From Myxococcota bacterium (GTDB lineage: Bacteria > Myxococcota_A > SURF-8): DNA of 64,000 nt. Location of the stretch: positions 1,120,001 to 1,184,000 of the forward strand of contig CAXXQS010000001.1 in NCBI GenBank assembly GCA_963674735.2, read 5' to 3'. Shown one piece after another: positions 39,862-48,969 of this stretch. The notes beneath the pieces are model-generated. The model was not told where the DNA came from. It saw only the letters and a program-made list of their open reading frames with translations, and did no database searches. The stretch's first letter is position 1; every line of letters begins with the position of its first letter. The position numbers were made by a program, and so were the translations under genes.

Positions 39862-42459
39862 ATGGTATCACACGCCAATTCGCAGACTGTGGTCTCGGAA
39901 GCAAGCCGGATTCGGAATATCCGGCACCGTTGCCAGAGCGGCGATGCCATGATTTCCATCGAGCGCGCCCGTTACTACACGGAAAGCTGGGAAGCGACGG
40001 CCGGGCAGGGGCTGTCGAATGCAATGCGAGTCGCCATGGCGATGAAGCACGTTTATGCAAACATGACGCTCTACCTGGACCCGGATGATCGCATCGCAGG
40101 CAATTGGACCGAATATTTCCTCGGCATTCCGATCGATATCGAGCGGGGTGTGTTCAATCAGGTGTTGAAATCGGAAATCAAGAAGAGTTCGATGATCCGC
40201 TTTCGCCTGAAATCCATGGGCAAGGGCTTGATTTACATGTTGAGAAAGGGCGCATTACCGCGCTTTCTGAAGAACCAGCGAATCGTCAAGGCGGCGGGAA
40301 CGCAACCGCTCAACATGGATTTTAAAACCATGGGCGAACGCGAGATCAATCCGTATCAAATCGAGAAAGCCGATCGGGATGAACTGCTGACCCGTATTTT
40401 GCCGAAATGGGAGGGACGGACGCTGGTCGATCAACTCGAACGGGAGATGCATGAATCCGGACTTTATTCCAAGGATATGCACGACTTTGCGGTTGCGTTA
40501 CCCGGCAATACCTCGCGCCAGGTCATGATGCTTTCCACCTGCGCTACCATCGCCACTTATCAGGGCCATGTCATTCTGGACTTCGACCGGGTGCTTGAAG
40601 TGGGCCTGACAGGCATGCTGCAGGAGCTGCGTTCCAGGCGAAAAGACGCTACGTTGAGCGAGAGTCAGAAAGATTTTCTGGATTCCCAGCTTGTGTGCCT
40701 CGAAGGTGTGAGCTTGTTCTGCAAACGTCTGGCCGAGCGCATCGAGACCGAAATCGAACACGAATCCGACGACGGCAGGCGGCGCGAGTTGGAAACCATG
40801 TGTTCGATCTGCCGCAAGGTCCCCATGGAACCGGCGGGCTGTTTTCGCGAAGCCGTTCAATCACTGTGGAGCATCAAAACGGCGGTGGAGCTGGCGCATC
40901 CCGTCAACCTGCATTGCTTCGGGCGTCTCGATCAAAGTCTGTACCCTTACTATGCCAAAGACTTGGAGGTCGGAGCGATCACCGAGGATCAGGCCTTGTG
41001 GTTGCTCGAAGAACTGCTACTCAAGATTATGTCGCAGAACATTCGCCCCGAGTCGAACATCTTAGGTAACTTCTATCATCGATTTTTAGGTTCTTCTCCG
41101 GTCACCATCGGGGGAACCGCCTTGGATGGCACGGATCAAACCAACGAATTGACCTACCTGTTTGCACGGGCGGCCCATGAATCGCGGGCTATTACCAATG
41201 TCTCGGTGCGAGTCGGAAAGAACACACCACCCCAGCTTTTGACAACCCTCGCCGAATATCTGAAGAACGGAACCTCCAGTTTCTCGCTGTTTAACGACGA
41301 AATAAATATCGAAGCGATGCGCAAGCGTGGGTTCTCGGAAGAGGATGCCTGTAACTACGCCATCATGGGTTGTGTCGAAGCGACCTGCCCCGGTAAGACG
41401 GGAAGCATGAGCGCCAACGCCTTACAGTTGAACCGCTTGCTCGACATCACTCTGCGCAATGGCGATTCCGCCATTCTGGCGGGTCTGATTCGAAACGAAG
41501 GCTTGAAAACGGGTGTCGCCGACGACTTCGCCACCTTCGAGCAATTCCTCGCTGCCCTTTATCGGCAGGCGGACCACTTTATCAAGAAAATCGTCGACGG
41601 GTCGAACCTGCGTGACCGGGTCTTTGCCGAACATCTGCCCGCTCCCTACATCTCAGCTTTTATCGACGGCTGCCTGGACTCCGGAAAGGATGTCACGCAG
41701 GGTGGGGCGGTTTACGATCTGGCCGGGATTTCGATGATCAACTCCATCGCCAATTTCGTCGATTCCCTCTACACCATTCAAAACCTGGTTTTCGAGCGGA
41801 AAAAGATCACGCTTAGCCAATTGGTGAACGCACTCGACGAAAATTTTGTCGGCTACGAAGACATCCACGCGGACATCCTGAAGCTTTCCGGGAAATGGGG
41901 TAACGGCGATCCCAAGGTGGACAAACTGGCCTCGGAGGTCATGAAACAGTTGTTCTCCTATACCTACCGGCACCGCACCAGTCGCAACGGCCCCTTCACC
42001 GTCTACGTTATCAGCATGATCACTCACACGATCGATGGGCGACTGTCCATTGCCAGCCTGGATGGCCGCAAGGCCGCCGTACCTTACGCTGCCAGTTGCA
42101 ACCCCTACAATGTCGAACGAGGGGGTGTCACCGCGGCGTTACGATCCGTGGCGTCATTGCCCTTTGAAGACGTGATGGGGTGTGCGGTGAATATGAAGTT
42201 TCATCCAAGCGCCATCGGAGAGAAGCCCGAGACGCGCGACAAGTGGGCCGCGTTGATTCGCACTTATTTCGCGTTGGGCGGCTCACAGATGCAACCGTCC
42301 TGTGTTTCGACGGAAACGCTCAAGGCGGCGCAACAGTCACCGGACCAGTACCGCGATCTGATCATCAAGGTCGGGGGGTATAGCACTTATTTTGTGGATT
42401 TGGGATGCGAGATTCAGCAGGAAATCATCGAGCGTACCGAACATGCCGGTGCGGCATGA
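39862..42459 (+). CDS. Glycyl radical enzyme (PFL2/eliminase-like), substrate unknown
   Basis: ISIERARYYTES N-terminus, FGRLDQ.LYPYY, Cys loop MGCVE (C504), KWGNGD..VD, Gly loop LIIKVGGYSTYF (G839) and EII.RT end. Confidence 0.92.
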   Translation: MVSHANSQTVVSEASRIRNIRHRCQSGDAMISIERARYYTESWEATAGQGLSNAMRVAMAMKHVYANMTLYLDPDDRIAGNWTEYFLGIPIDIERGVFNQVLKSEIKKSSMIRFRLKSMGKGLIYMLRKGALPRFLKNQRIVKAAGTQPLNMDFKTMGEREINPYQIEKADRDELLTRILPKWEGRTLVDQLEREMHESGLYSKDMHDFAVALPGNTSRQVMMLSTCATIATYQGHVILDFDRVLEVGLTGMLQELRSRRKDATLSESQKDFLDSQLVCLEGVSLFCKRLAERIETEIEHESDDGRRRELETMCSICRKVPMEPAGCFREAVQSLWSIKTAVELAHPVNLHCFGRLDQSLYPYYAKDLEVGAITEDQALWLLEELLLKIMSQNIRPESNILGNFYHRFLGSSPVTIGGTALDGTDQTNELTYLFARAAHESRAITNVSVRVGKNTPPQLLTTLAEYLKNGTSSFSLFNDEINIEAMRKRGFSEEDACNYAIMGCVEATCPGKTGSMSANALQLNRLLDITLRNGDSAILAGLIRNEGLKTGVADDFATFEQFLAALYRQADHFIKKIVDGSNLRDRVFAEHLPAPYISAFIDGCLDSGKDVTQGGAVYDLAGISMINSIANFVDSLYTIQNLVFERKKITLSQLVNALDENFVGYEDIHADILKLSGKWGNGDPKVDKLASEVMKQLFSYTYRHRTSRNGPFTVYVISMITHTIDGRLSIASLDGRKAAVPYAASCNPYNVERGGVTAALRSVASLPFEDVMGCAVNMKFHPSAIGEKPETRDKWAALIRTYFALGGSQMQPSCVSTETLKAAQQSPDQYRDLIIKVGGYSTYFVDLGCEIQQEIIERTEHAGAA

Positions 42460-43364
42460 GCCGTGGACGGATCTTCGATATTCAGACCAATGCCGTCTAC
42501 GATGGTCCCGGTATCCGCACGGTTGTGTTTTTCAAAGGTTGTCCGCTTCGTTGCGCGTGGTGCCACAACCCGGAATCCCAGTCGGCTCCGATTTCGATTG
42601 CGTGGATACGGAGCAAGTGCCGCCAATGCGGAATCTGCCTTTCGGTCTGCGACCAAGGTGCACGGCTTTGTCTGGGCGATTCGATAATTCGAAATGAGGC
42701 TCTTTGTACGTGCTGCGGGAACTGTGTGGAAAGTTGTCCCTCAGGTGCCGTGGCGTGGATTGGCGAAGAGATCGACGCAGAAGAACTGGCGAAAAAAGCC
42801 TTGCTCGACCGTCCTTTTTTCGAGCATTCCGGCGGCGGTGTGACGTTGAGCGGGGGCGAGCCGACGCAGCAACCCGAGTTCATGTTCGATCTCGTTCGGC
42901 GTATCAAGAAGGCGGGCGTCCACGTTGCCCTTGAAACCTGCGGATATTTTAGCGATGAGATGATGACGCATATTCTCGAAGAGGTGGACCTTGTTTTGTT
43001 CGATTTCAAGCATATCGACGATGGCAAACATCGGGAAGCGGTGGGAGTCGGTAATGCGCCTATCATTGAGAACATGATACGGGCGGTTCATTGGCCGGGC
43101 GATAAGATCCGGTTCAGGATCCCGGTGATTCCCGGGTTCAACGCCGATTCGGAAAGTTCGACGGCCATGGCGCGTTTCCTGGACGAAATCGGATATCGCG
43201 GCCAGGTCGATCTGATGGCCTATCACAACTATGCCGGATCGAAGTACGACAAAATCGGGAGAGCGGCCGACTTCGTCGATTTGGGATCGTTGAGTGAACT
43301 GCAAAAATCGGTTGTCGAGGAGAGTTTCAGGAATTGGAATCTTATTCCAGTTTGGGGAGGTTAG
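42456..43364 (+). CDS. Glycyl-radical activating enzyme (radical SAM with 2x[4Fe-4S] insert)
   Basis: DGPGIRTVVFFKGCPLRCAWCHNPE, CRQCGICLSVC, CTCCGNCVESCP and GGVTLSGGEP motifs. ATGA overlap with the GRE stop. Confidence 0.95.
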   Translation: MSRGRIFDIQTNAVYDGPGIRTVVFFKGCPLRCAWCHNPESQSAPISIAWIRSKCRQCGICLSVCDQGARLCLGDSIIRNEALCTCCGNCVESCPSGAVAWIGEEIDAEELAKKALLDRPFFEHSGGGVTLSGGEPTQQPEFMFDLVRRIKKAGVHVALETCGYFSDEMMTHILEEVDLVLFDFKHIDDGKHREAVGVGNAPIIENMIRAVHWPGDKIRFRIPVIPGFNADSESSTAMARFLDEIGYRGQVDLMAYHNYAGSKYDKIGRAADFVDLGSLSELQKSVVEESFRNWNLIPVWGG

Positions 43365-43365
43365 G

Positions 43366-45201
43366 ATGGGGGAGATGGAATCGATGGATCGAAAACGCAC
43401 GGTCCTTGTCATCGGTGCGGACGGTTTGCTCGGGAGTCATTTGGTTCGAGCCTTGCAGGTTCAACAGTATCGCGTTCGTGTTTTCAAACAGCCTGGCAGT
43501 TCGTCGCCGACATTAGACGAACTCGACTTGGAAATCTTCGAGGGGGATCTGCTTGACGAGGGGGATTCTCTCGCGGAGGCCATGCAGGGGTGTGATACCG
43601 TTTTTCACTTGGCTGCGATCACCGATCTGTGGGCGGATGAGAAAAAGGTTTGGCAAGTCAACTACGATGGCACGCGAAACGTGCTCGATGCCTGTCTGGC
43701 GGCCCATATCAGGCGCTTGATTTTCACCGGTTCCGCAAGCTCGTTTCAGTTCGGTTCGATGGATCGTCCGGGGGATGAGCGCAATTCATTTGCGCCCGAA
43801 TATCGCGGTATCGCGTATATGGAGTCGAAACACAAGGCCATGGAGTTGGTCTTGGACTATGCCGAGTCCAAAGGCTTGGATGCGCTGGTGGTTGCACCGA
43901 CCTTCATGTTGGGCGATCTCGACTGGCGGCCGAGTTCGGGCGAATTGATTCGCCAGTTTATCGCGCGCGGCATGCGGGTCACCTCGCCGGGAGGACGCAA
44001 CTTCGCTCACGTAAGCGATGTCGCCCAGGCGATGGTCAATGCGATCGACAAAGGCAAGAGCGGCGAATGCTACATTCTGGGCGGAGAAAATCTGCGCTAT
44101 CTGGATTTCTTTACCAAGGTGGCCGCCATCGCCGGGTGTGAACCGCCAAAGCGCGTGATCCCGAAAGTCGCCTTGCAGATTGCGGGTCTGATTGGATCGC
44201 TCATCGGAAAACTGACCGGCCGCCGGGTCGCGTTAAATCGCACGTTGGCCAAGCTATCCTTGATGGGTACCTATTACAGCTCGGAAAAGGCGATCCGCGA
44301 ACTGGATATGCCGCAAACGCCGATTGAAAGCGGTATCGAAAAAACGATTAAAAGCCTGTTGAGTTACCGACATATATACGCGGAGGAATCCGCAGCTTTT
44401 AAAGGGAAGGTGGCGCTCATTACCGGTGCGTCGCGCGGGGTCGGGTTTTCGGTCGCACGTGAACTGGTCAAGCGCGGCGCGAAGGTCGTTCTGAGTGCCC
44501 GAGGTGAAAGGCGTCTGCTCGATTCCAGAGATAAGCTGGAACGTCTCGGAGGTGACGTGGCGGCCGTAACCGGTGATGTGGGCAAGTGGGACGATGCCCG
44601 GCGCATGGTTGAGGTCGCCCACGACCGATTCGGCAAAATCGATATTCTGGTGAATAACGCCGGGATTTCGATGCGGGGGAAATTTCACGAGCTTTCGCCC
44701 GAAGTCTGTACCGACACCATCACCACCAACCTGCTGGGGAGCGTTTATCTAACGAAAGCCGCTATCGACGACATCCGCGAGACGAAAGGCCATGTCGTTT
44801 TCGTCTCCAGCATCGCCGGTTTGTTCGGGCTGCCGGGAGCCTCGACGTATTGCGCATCCAAGGCCGCCTTGACGGGCTTGAGCGAATCGCTGCGTCTGGA
44901 ACTGATTCCGGAGGGGGTTCACTCGGGGGTGGTCTATCTCGGCTTCACCGAACACGATCCCGAAAAAACGATTTTGGCTGCGGACGGAACCGGGGTGCGT
45001 CCCGACCGCCCCGCGCACCACACGCAAGTCTTCGCTGCCTCACTGATCGTGGATATGCTGGTGAAACGGAAACGTCGCATCATCATGACGCCTGCCGGAG
45101 TGTTGGGTGGGTTGGTTTACCGGTTTTCTCCCGGTTTCGTCGAGTGGGCGATTCTAAAGGCACAGTCCATGCAAATTGGGACTTTTAAAAAATTTTCATA
45201 A
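43366..45201 (+). CDS. Fusion of an extended SDR (HpnA/DFR/3beta-HSD-like) and a classical SDR
   Basis: N-domain GADGLLG, FHLAA, YMESK, GECYILGGEN; C-domain TGASRGVG, LVNNAG, VSS, YCASK; one uninterrupted frame. Confidence 0.9.
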   Translation: MGEMESMDRKRTVLVIGADGLLGSHLVRALQVQQYRVRVFKQPGSSSPTLDELDLEIFEGDLLDEGDSLAEAMQGCDTVFHLAAITDLWADEKKVWQVNYDGTRNVLDACLAAHIRRLIFTGSASSFQFGSMDRPGDERNSFAPEYRGIAYMESKHKAMELVLDYAESKGLDALVVAPTFMLGDLDWRPSSGELIRQFIARGMRVTSPGGRNFAHVSDVAQAMVNAIDKGKSGECYILGGENLRYLDFFTKVAAIAGCEPPKRVIPKVALQIAGLIGSLIGKLTGRRVALNRTLAKLSLMGTYYSSEKAIRELDMPQTPIESGIEKTIKSLLSYRHIYAEESAAFKGKVALITGASRGVGFSVARELVKRGAKVVLSARGERRLLDSRDKLERLGGDVAAVTGDVGKWDDARRMVEVAHDRFGKIDILVNNAGISMRGKFHELSPEVCTDTITTNLLGSVYLTKAAIDDIRETKGHVVFVSSIAGLFGLPGASTYCASKAALTGLSESLRLELIPEGVHSGVVYLGFTEHDPEKTILAADGTGVRPDRPAHHTQVFAASLIVDMLVKRKRRIIMTPAGVLGGLVYRFSPGFVEWAILKAQSMQIGTFKKFS

Positions 45202-45222
45202 CGTTCAACACAGGAGAGCAAG

Positions 45223-45987
45223 ATGGGATTTGTCAAAACGAAGGAAGAATTGGACAAGTATTTCGCGCTAGGCGTGCGCAAATTCAGTGGCGCTCAAATG
45301 ATGGGGGTGATGTTCTCGGCACCGGCCGACGTGACCGCCGCGCTGTTACCGGCACCCTTGGAGCAGGCGGATATGCCGGGCGGTTTGATCTTCATCGCGC
45401 AATACCCGGAAACCAACCTCGGTGAAGGTTACCACGAGGCGGCGTTGTTCATCCGCTGCAAATACAAGGGAGAAGCGGGGGCGTATTGCCTCTCCATGCC
45501 CATCGACAACGAAGCCCGCATGCATAACGGGCGCGACATCTTCGGCTTCCCCAAGAAAATGGCCAACATTCAGTTCGAGAAAAACGGCAACAAATTGAAA
45601 GGGTCTGTTGAGCGCAACGGTATTCGGTTTATCGAGATCGATATCGAACTTTCAGGTTCCCTCCCCGAACTGCCGCCGACCGGTCCCACCTATCTGTTCA
45701 AGGCCATGCCGAAAATCGACTTGACGCCGGGATTCGACGGCCCGGTTTTTCTGGTGCAGCAGAAAACCGACGTCAAGCTGCAAAGCCTTGAAATCGGAAC
45801 CGCCGATGTGAAGTTGACTCCTTCGGAGTCCGATCCGTGGGCGGAAATCGAAGGATTGGCGCCCATGATGGCGTTCTATATCGTCAGCGATAACACCATG
45901 ATGCCTGGAAAGATTCTGGAAGAAGTGAACCCGGAAAGTTTCCTTCCCCATTACTACAAGATGACGGATTTCTCGGCCGGGAAGTAA
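45223..45987 (+). CDS. Acetoacetate decarboxylase-like (ADC superfamily) protein
   Basis: LLPAPL, Y.EAAL, GRDIFGFPKK (Schiff-base Lys region) and S..DPW motifs. Confidence 0.88.
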   Translation: MGFVKTKEELDKYFALGVRKFSGAQMMGVMFSAPADVTAALLPAPLEQADMPGGLIFIAQYPETNLGEGYHEAALFIRCKYKGEAGAYCLSMPIDNEARMHNGRDIFGFPKKMANIQFEKNGNKLKGSVERNGIRFIEIDIELSGSLPELPPTGPTYLFKAMPKIDLTPGFDGPVFLVQQKTDVKLQSLEIGTADVKLTPSESDPWAEIEGLAPMMAFYIVSDNTMMPGKILEEVNPESFLPHYYKMTDFSAGK

Positions 45988-45999
45988 AGGAGGACGACC

Positions 46000-47202
46000 A
46001 TGATCGATTTCAGTCTTTCGGAAACCCAGGATCAATTCGTCAAAACCGCGCGGGATTTCGGTAAAAATGTCTTGCAACCGGCGGAAATCGAATTGGATAA
46101 GATGGCCGATGCCGAGGCGGCATTTCATTCGGAAACGTTTCGAAACCTGCTGGCGCAAGCCTTCGAACTCGGTTTTCACAAAATGGGGATGAAAGAGGAG
46201 TTCGGGGGGCTGGGGCTGGATGCCAATACCACCGGCCTGATCTGGGAGGAGCTGGCCCGTTACGGCGCAGGATTTACCGCCTCCCTGATGGCGGGCTCCG
46301 TCGTTCCGGCCCTGATCGCCTTTCTGGCCCCCGGCAACAAGGAGTTGCTCGACCGCTACGTCACGCCGTATTGCGAAGACACGACCGGGCAGACCATCAC
46401 CGCCTGGGGGAGCAGCGAGCCGGATGTGGGATCGGACGGAAAGAACTACTACACGGAGTCGGTGAAGCACAAAACATCCGCGACAAAAACGGAAACCGGA
46501 TTCGTCATCAACGGGGCGAAATCGAATTTCATCAGCAACGGTTCCATCGCCAAGGATTACATCGTCTTCGCCTGCCTGCAACCCGAACTCGGCATTCGCG
46601 GGTCGGGGGCGTTCATCGTGCCCGGTGATGCGCCCGGCATGACGCGCGGGAAGACGGTCGATCGCATCGGCATGCGCGCCTTGAATCAAGCTCCCATCTA
46701 TTTCGACGATCTGGAGATCCCGGAAAGTCACCTGATCTTTCCTCCCGGCGACGCCTATCCGATGCTGCATCATTCCATCATGACGGTCGGCAATCTCGGG
46801 ACCGGCTACCTGGCTTTGGGATTGATGCGGGCGGCCTACGAGGAAGCCTTGGCTTATTCCAAGGAGCGAGTCCAGTGGGGGAGGCCAATCAAAGAGCATC
46901 AGCTTGTCACCAAAAAGCTGTTCGATATCCAGGCCTCGATCTCGGCGTGTCGAGCCTTGCTTTGGCGGGGAAGTTGGCACTGTAAAAACAATTTTCCCGG
47001 CGATCTCGTAACCAGCGTCAGCGCGAAAGTCTTAACCACCGAGCAGGCGGTCAAGCACACCGCTGAAATGGTGCAGGTTTTGGGCGGCTACGGCATAACC
47101 AAAGACTACAAACTCGAAAAATACATGCGTGATGCGCCCCTGTTGCAGATCATGGACGGCACCAACGATACCTTGATGATGGAAGCGGCAACGCTGCTTT
47201 AA
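46000..47202 (+). CDS. Acyl-CoA dehydrogenase family protein with atypical motifs
   Basis: FGGLG, SEPDVGSD, INGAK.NFISNG, YSKERVQWGRPI.EHQ.V, QVLGGYG and EKYMRDA...QIMDGTN motifs. Confidence 0.92.
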   Translation: MIDFSLSETQDQFVKTARDFGKNVLQPAEIELDKMADAEAAFHSETFRNLLAQAFELGFHKMGMKEEFGGLGLDANTTGLIWEELARYGAGFTASLMAGSVVPALIAFLAPGNKELLDRYVTPYCEDTTGQTITAWGSSEPDVGSDGKNYYTESVKHKTSATKTETGFVINGAKSNFISNGSIAKDYIVFACLQPELGIRGSGAFIVPGDAPGMTRGKTVDRIGMRALNQAPIYFDDLEIPESHLIFPPGDAYPMLHHSIMTVGNLGTGYLALGLMRAAYEEALAYSKERVQWGRPIKEHQLVTKKLFDIQASISACRALLWRGSWHCKNNFPGDLVTSVSAKVLTTEQAVKHTAEMVQVLGGYGITKDYKLEKYMRDAPLLQIMDGTNDTLMMEAATLL

Positions 47203-47210
47203 GGAGCAAA

Positions 47211-48053
47211 ATGGAGCACGCGTTTATATACGGGATCATGCTCGGCATGCTGGGCGCCTTGATGATGAATATCGGAAAGGGCGTTCAGAAACAGTACGTG
47301 CACATCTTTCTGGCGGGCCGGGGCTTTTTGCGAGCGGAGCATCGGAGAACCTTGGTTCTCTGGTCGCTCGGCTTTCTGGTGACCGCCAGTTCTATTTTTC
47401 CCTATACGCTGGCCTTGAAGATGACAAAGTCTCCCGCCTGTATTTCGGCCATGACCGGCATCGGTTTGACCGGCCTCGGACTCTATGCCGTTTGGGTGAT
47501 CGGCGAAAAGCTGAGCCGTCGCGACTTGTTCGGAATGGGGCTGATTGTCGTCGGCACCTCGCTTTTGGGTTATCTGGGGGGCGATCAAGCGGCGAACGTT
47601 CGGCAGTTGGTCGATACGAGGCTGGCCTTGGCAGGCTTTTCCATCGTCGTGGTCGCGGCCGGTATCTGTCTGTTATCGAAACGCCTCCCGCGTATTCATG
47701 GTATCGCCTTCGGTTCCGCGGCCGGAATGGCCATCGGACTCTCCATCTTTCTGGGCGATGCGGCTTTGGTCAAGGCCGGGGGCTCGCTGACCGGGCAATT
47801 GTCCAATCCCTATCCCTACATCGCGCTGGCGTCCGCCGCTTCGGCGACCGTTATCACGCAGGTCGGGTTTTTGAAAAGCCGCGCCATCGAGGTGGTATCG
47901 GCAGTCAACTCGGCGGCGATTCTCACTCCTTTGGTCTTGGAACTGATCGTCTACGGCTCGATTCCCGACTTTAAAAGACTGCTTCTGATAGCGTTGATCC
48001 TGACGGGTGTGATAGTCTTGTCCGGCGGAGCCGCCTCCCGAATTCCTTCCTGA
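47211..48053 (+). CDS. Polytopic membrane protein (DMT/NIPA-like)
   Basis: About 9 hydrophobic segments; NIGKGVQK, GEKLS..D..G..LIV.G and Q.GF...RA..V patterns. Confidence 0.65.
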   Translation: MEHAFIYGIMLGMLGALMMNIGKGVQKQYVHIFLAGRGFLRAEHRRTLVLWSLGFLVTASSIFPYTLALKMTKSPACISAMTGIGLTGLGLYAVWVIGEKLSRRDLFGMGLIVVGTSLLGYLGGDQAANVRQLVDTRLALAGFSIVVVAAGICLLSKRLPRIHGIAFGSAAGMAIGLSIFLGDAALVKAGGSLTGQLSNPYPYIALASAASATVITQVGFLKSRAIEVVSAVNSAAILTPLVLELIVYGSIPDFKRLLLIALILTGVIVLSGGAASRIPS

Positions 48054-48076
48054 GAAGTCCGATGGAGTGTGCTTGA

Positions 48077-48829
48077 ATGATAATCGGTTTTCATCTTGAA
48101 TTTATGGCGCTGATGGGCATCGTCGCGCTGGGCTGTCTGGTGGGGGCCGCGACGGGCTTCGGGAGCTCGACGATCATCATGACCCTTGCGGTGCTTCTGT
48201 TTCCGATCAAGGCGATCGTGGCGGTGATCATTCCGCTGAACGTCGTGATCTGCCTTTACTTGGTTCTAAAATATCGCGACGGCATCGACGCGCGCCTATT
48301 GTTTTTGCGCATCGTTCCCCTCACCGTGCTCGGCATGCCCCTGGGCTTGCTTATCTTCGAACTGGCCGACACCAACCGCATGAAGCCATTCTTTGGTGCA
48401 TTTGTGATTCTGCTCTCGATATTCGAGCTGTGGCGCAGCAGACAAAACACGGATGGCCCGCGACCGTCACCCAAGCTTGCCTCGTCTGCTTTTTGGCTTG
48501 TTACCGGCGGCGTCATTCAGGGTTTGTGGGTAACCGGCGGACCCCTGGTGGCGTACTGGGCCAGCCGAGCCATCGACAACAAGCACGAGTTTCGCAGCAC
48601 CTTAAGCGCGCTTTGGTTGATTCTGAACGTGATTCTGCTGGTCAGCCACGGTGTGACGGGAACCATCGACTTGGGAACGGCCAAGGTCAGCCTGGCGCTC
48701 ATACCTGCCTTGATGCTGGGGATTGCGCTGGGCGAGCGTATCCATCATTATCTGCCTGAACGTTCCTTCAAAATGTTGGTGTATATCGTTCTGCTCTTTT
48801 CCGGTACGGCGATTCTGCTCAGTGATTGA
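48077..48829 (+). CDS. Sulfite exporter TauE/SafE family protein
   Basis: GATGFG-type N-terminus, G.PLG, GG...G....GGP, FRSTL and G..LG.R.....PE..F motifs. Confidence 0.85.
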   Translation: MIIGFHLEFMALMGIVALGCLVGAATGFGSSTIIMTLAVLLFPIKAIVAVIIPLNVVICLYLVLKYRDGIDARLLFLRIVPLTVLGMPLGLLIFELADTNRMKPFFGAFVILLSIFELWRSRQNTDGPRPSPKLASSAFWLVTGGVIQGLWVTGGPLVAYWASRAIDNKHEFRSTLSALWLILNVILLVSHGVTGTIDLGTAKVSLALIPALMLGIALGERIHHYLPERSFKMLVYIVLLFSGTAILLSD

Positions 48830-48899
48830 AGAATTCTGCCGATAGCTATCAATCCGATCCGTTCTAAAGTCTGTCGGGCGCGAGCCGGTAGCCCAAACG

Positions 48900-48929
48900 A
48901 AAAACGGCCGGGACTCATCGCCCCGGCCG
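48900..48929 (-). terminator. Intrinsic terminator of the peroxiredoxin gene
   Basis: Minus strand CGGCCGGG-N9-CCCGGCCG followed by T5. Confidence 0.8.
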
Positions 48930-48969
48930 AAATCTGAATGAGGCCGACGCGCTGCGCCGACCGATCTAT

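Noticed and set aside
39862-42459. Naming the GRE pflB, cutC or bssA
   Set aside because: It has no Cys-Cys pair, no microcompartment or small-subunit genes, and a gene context matching none of these.
45652-46980. 442-aa minus-strand ORF (likewise 56030-57205, 2221-3174 and 30580-31395)
   Set aside because: Antisense shadows of well-supported genes.
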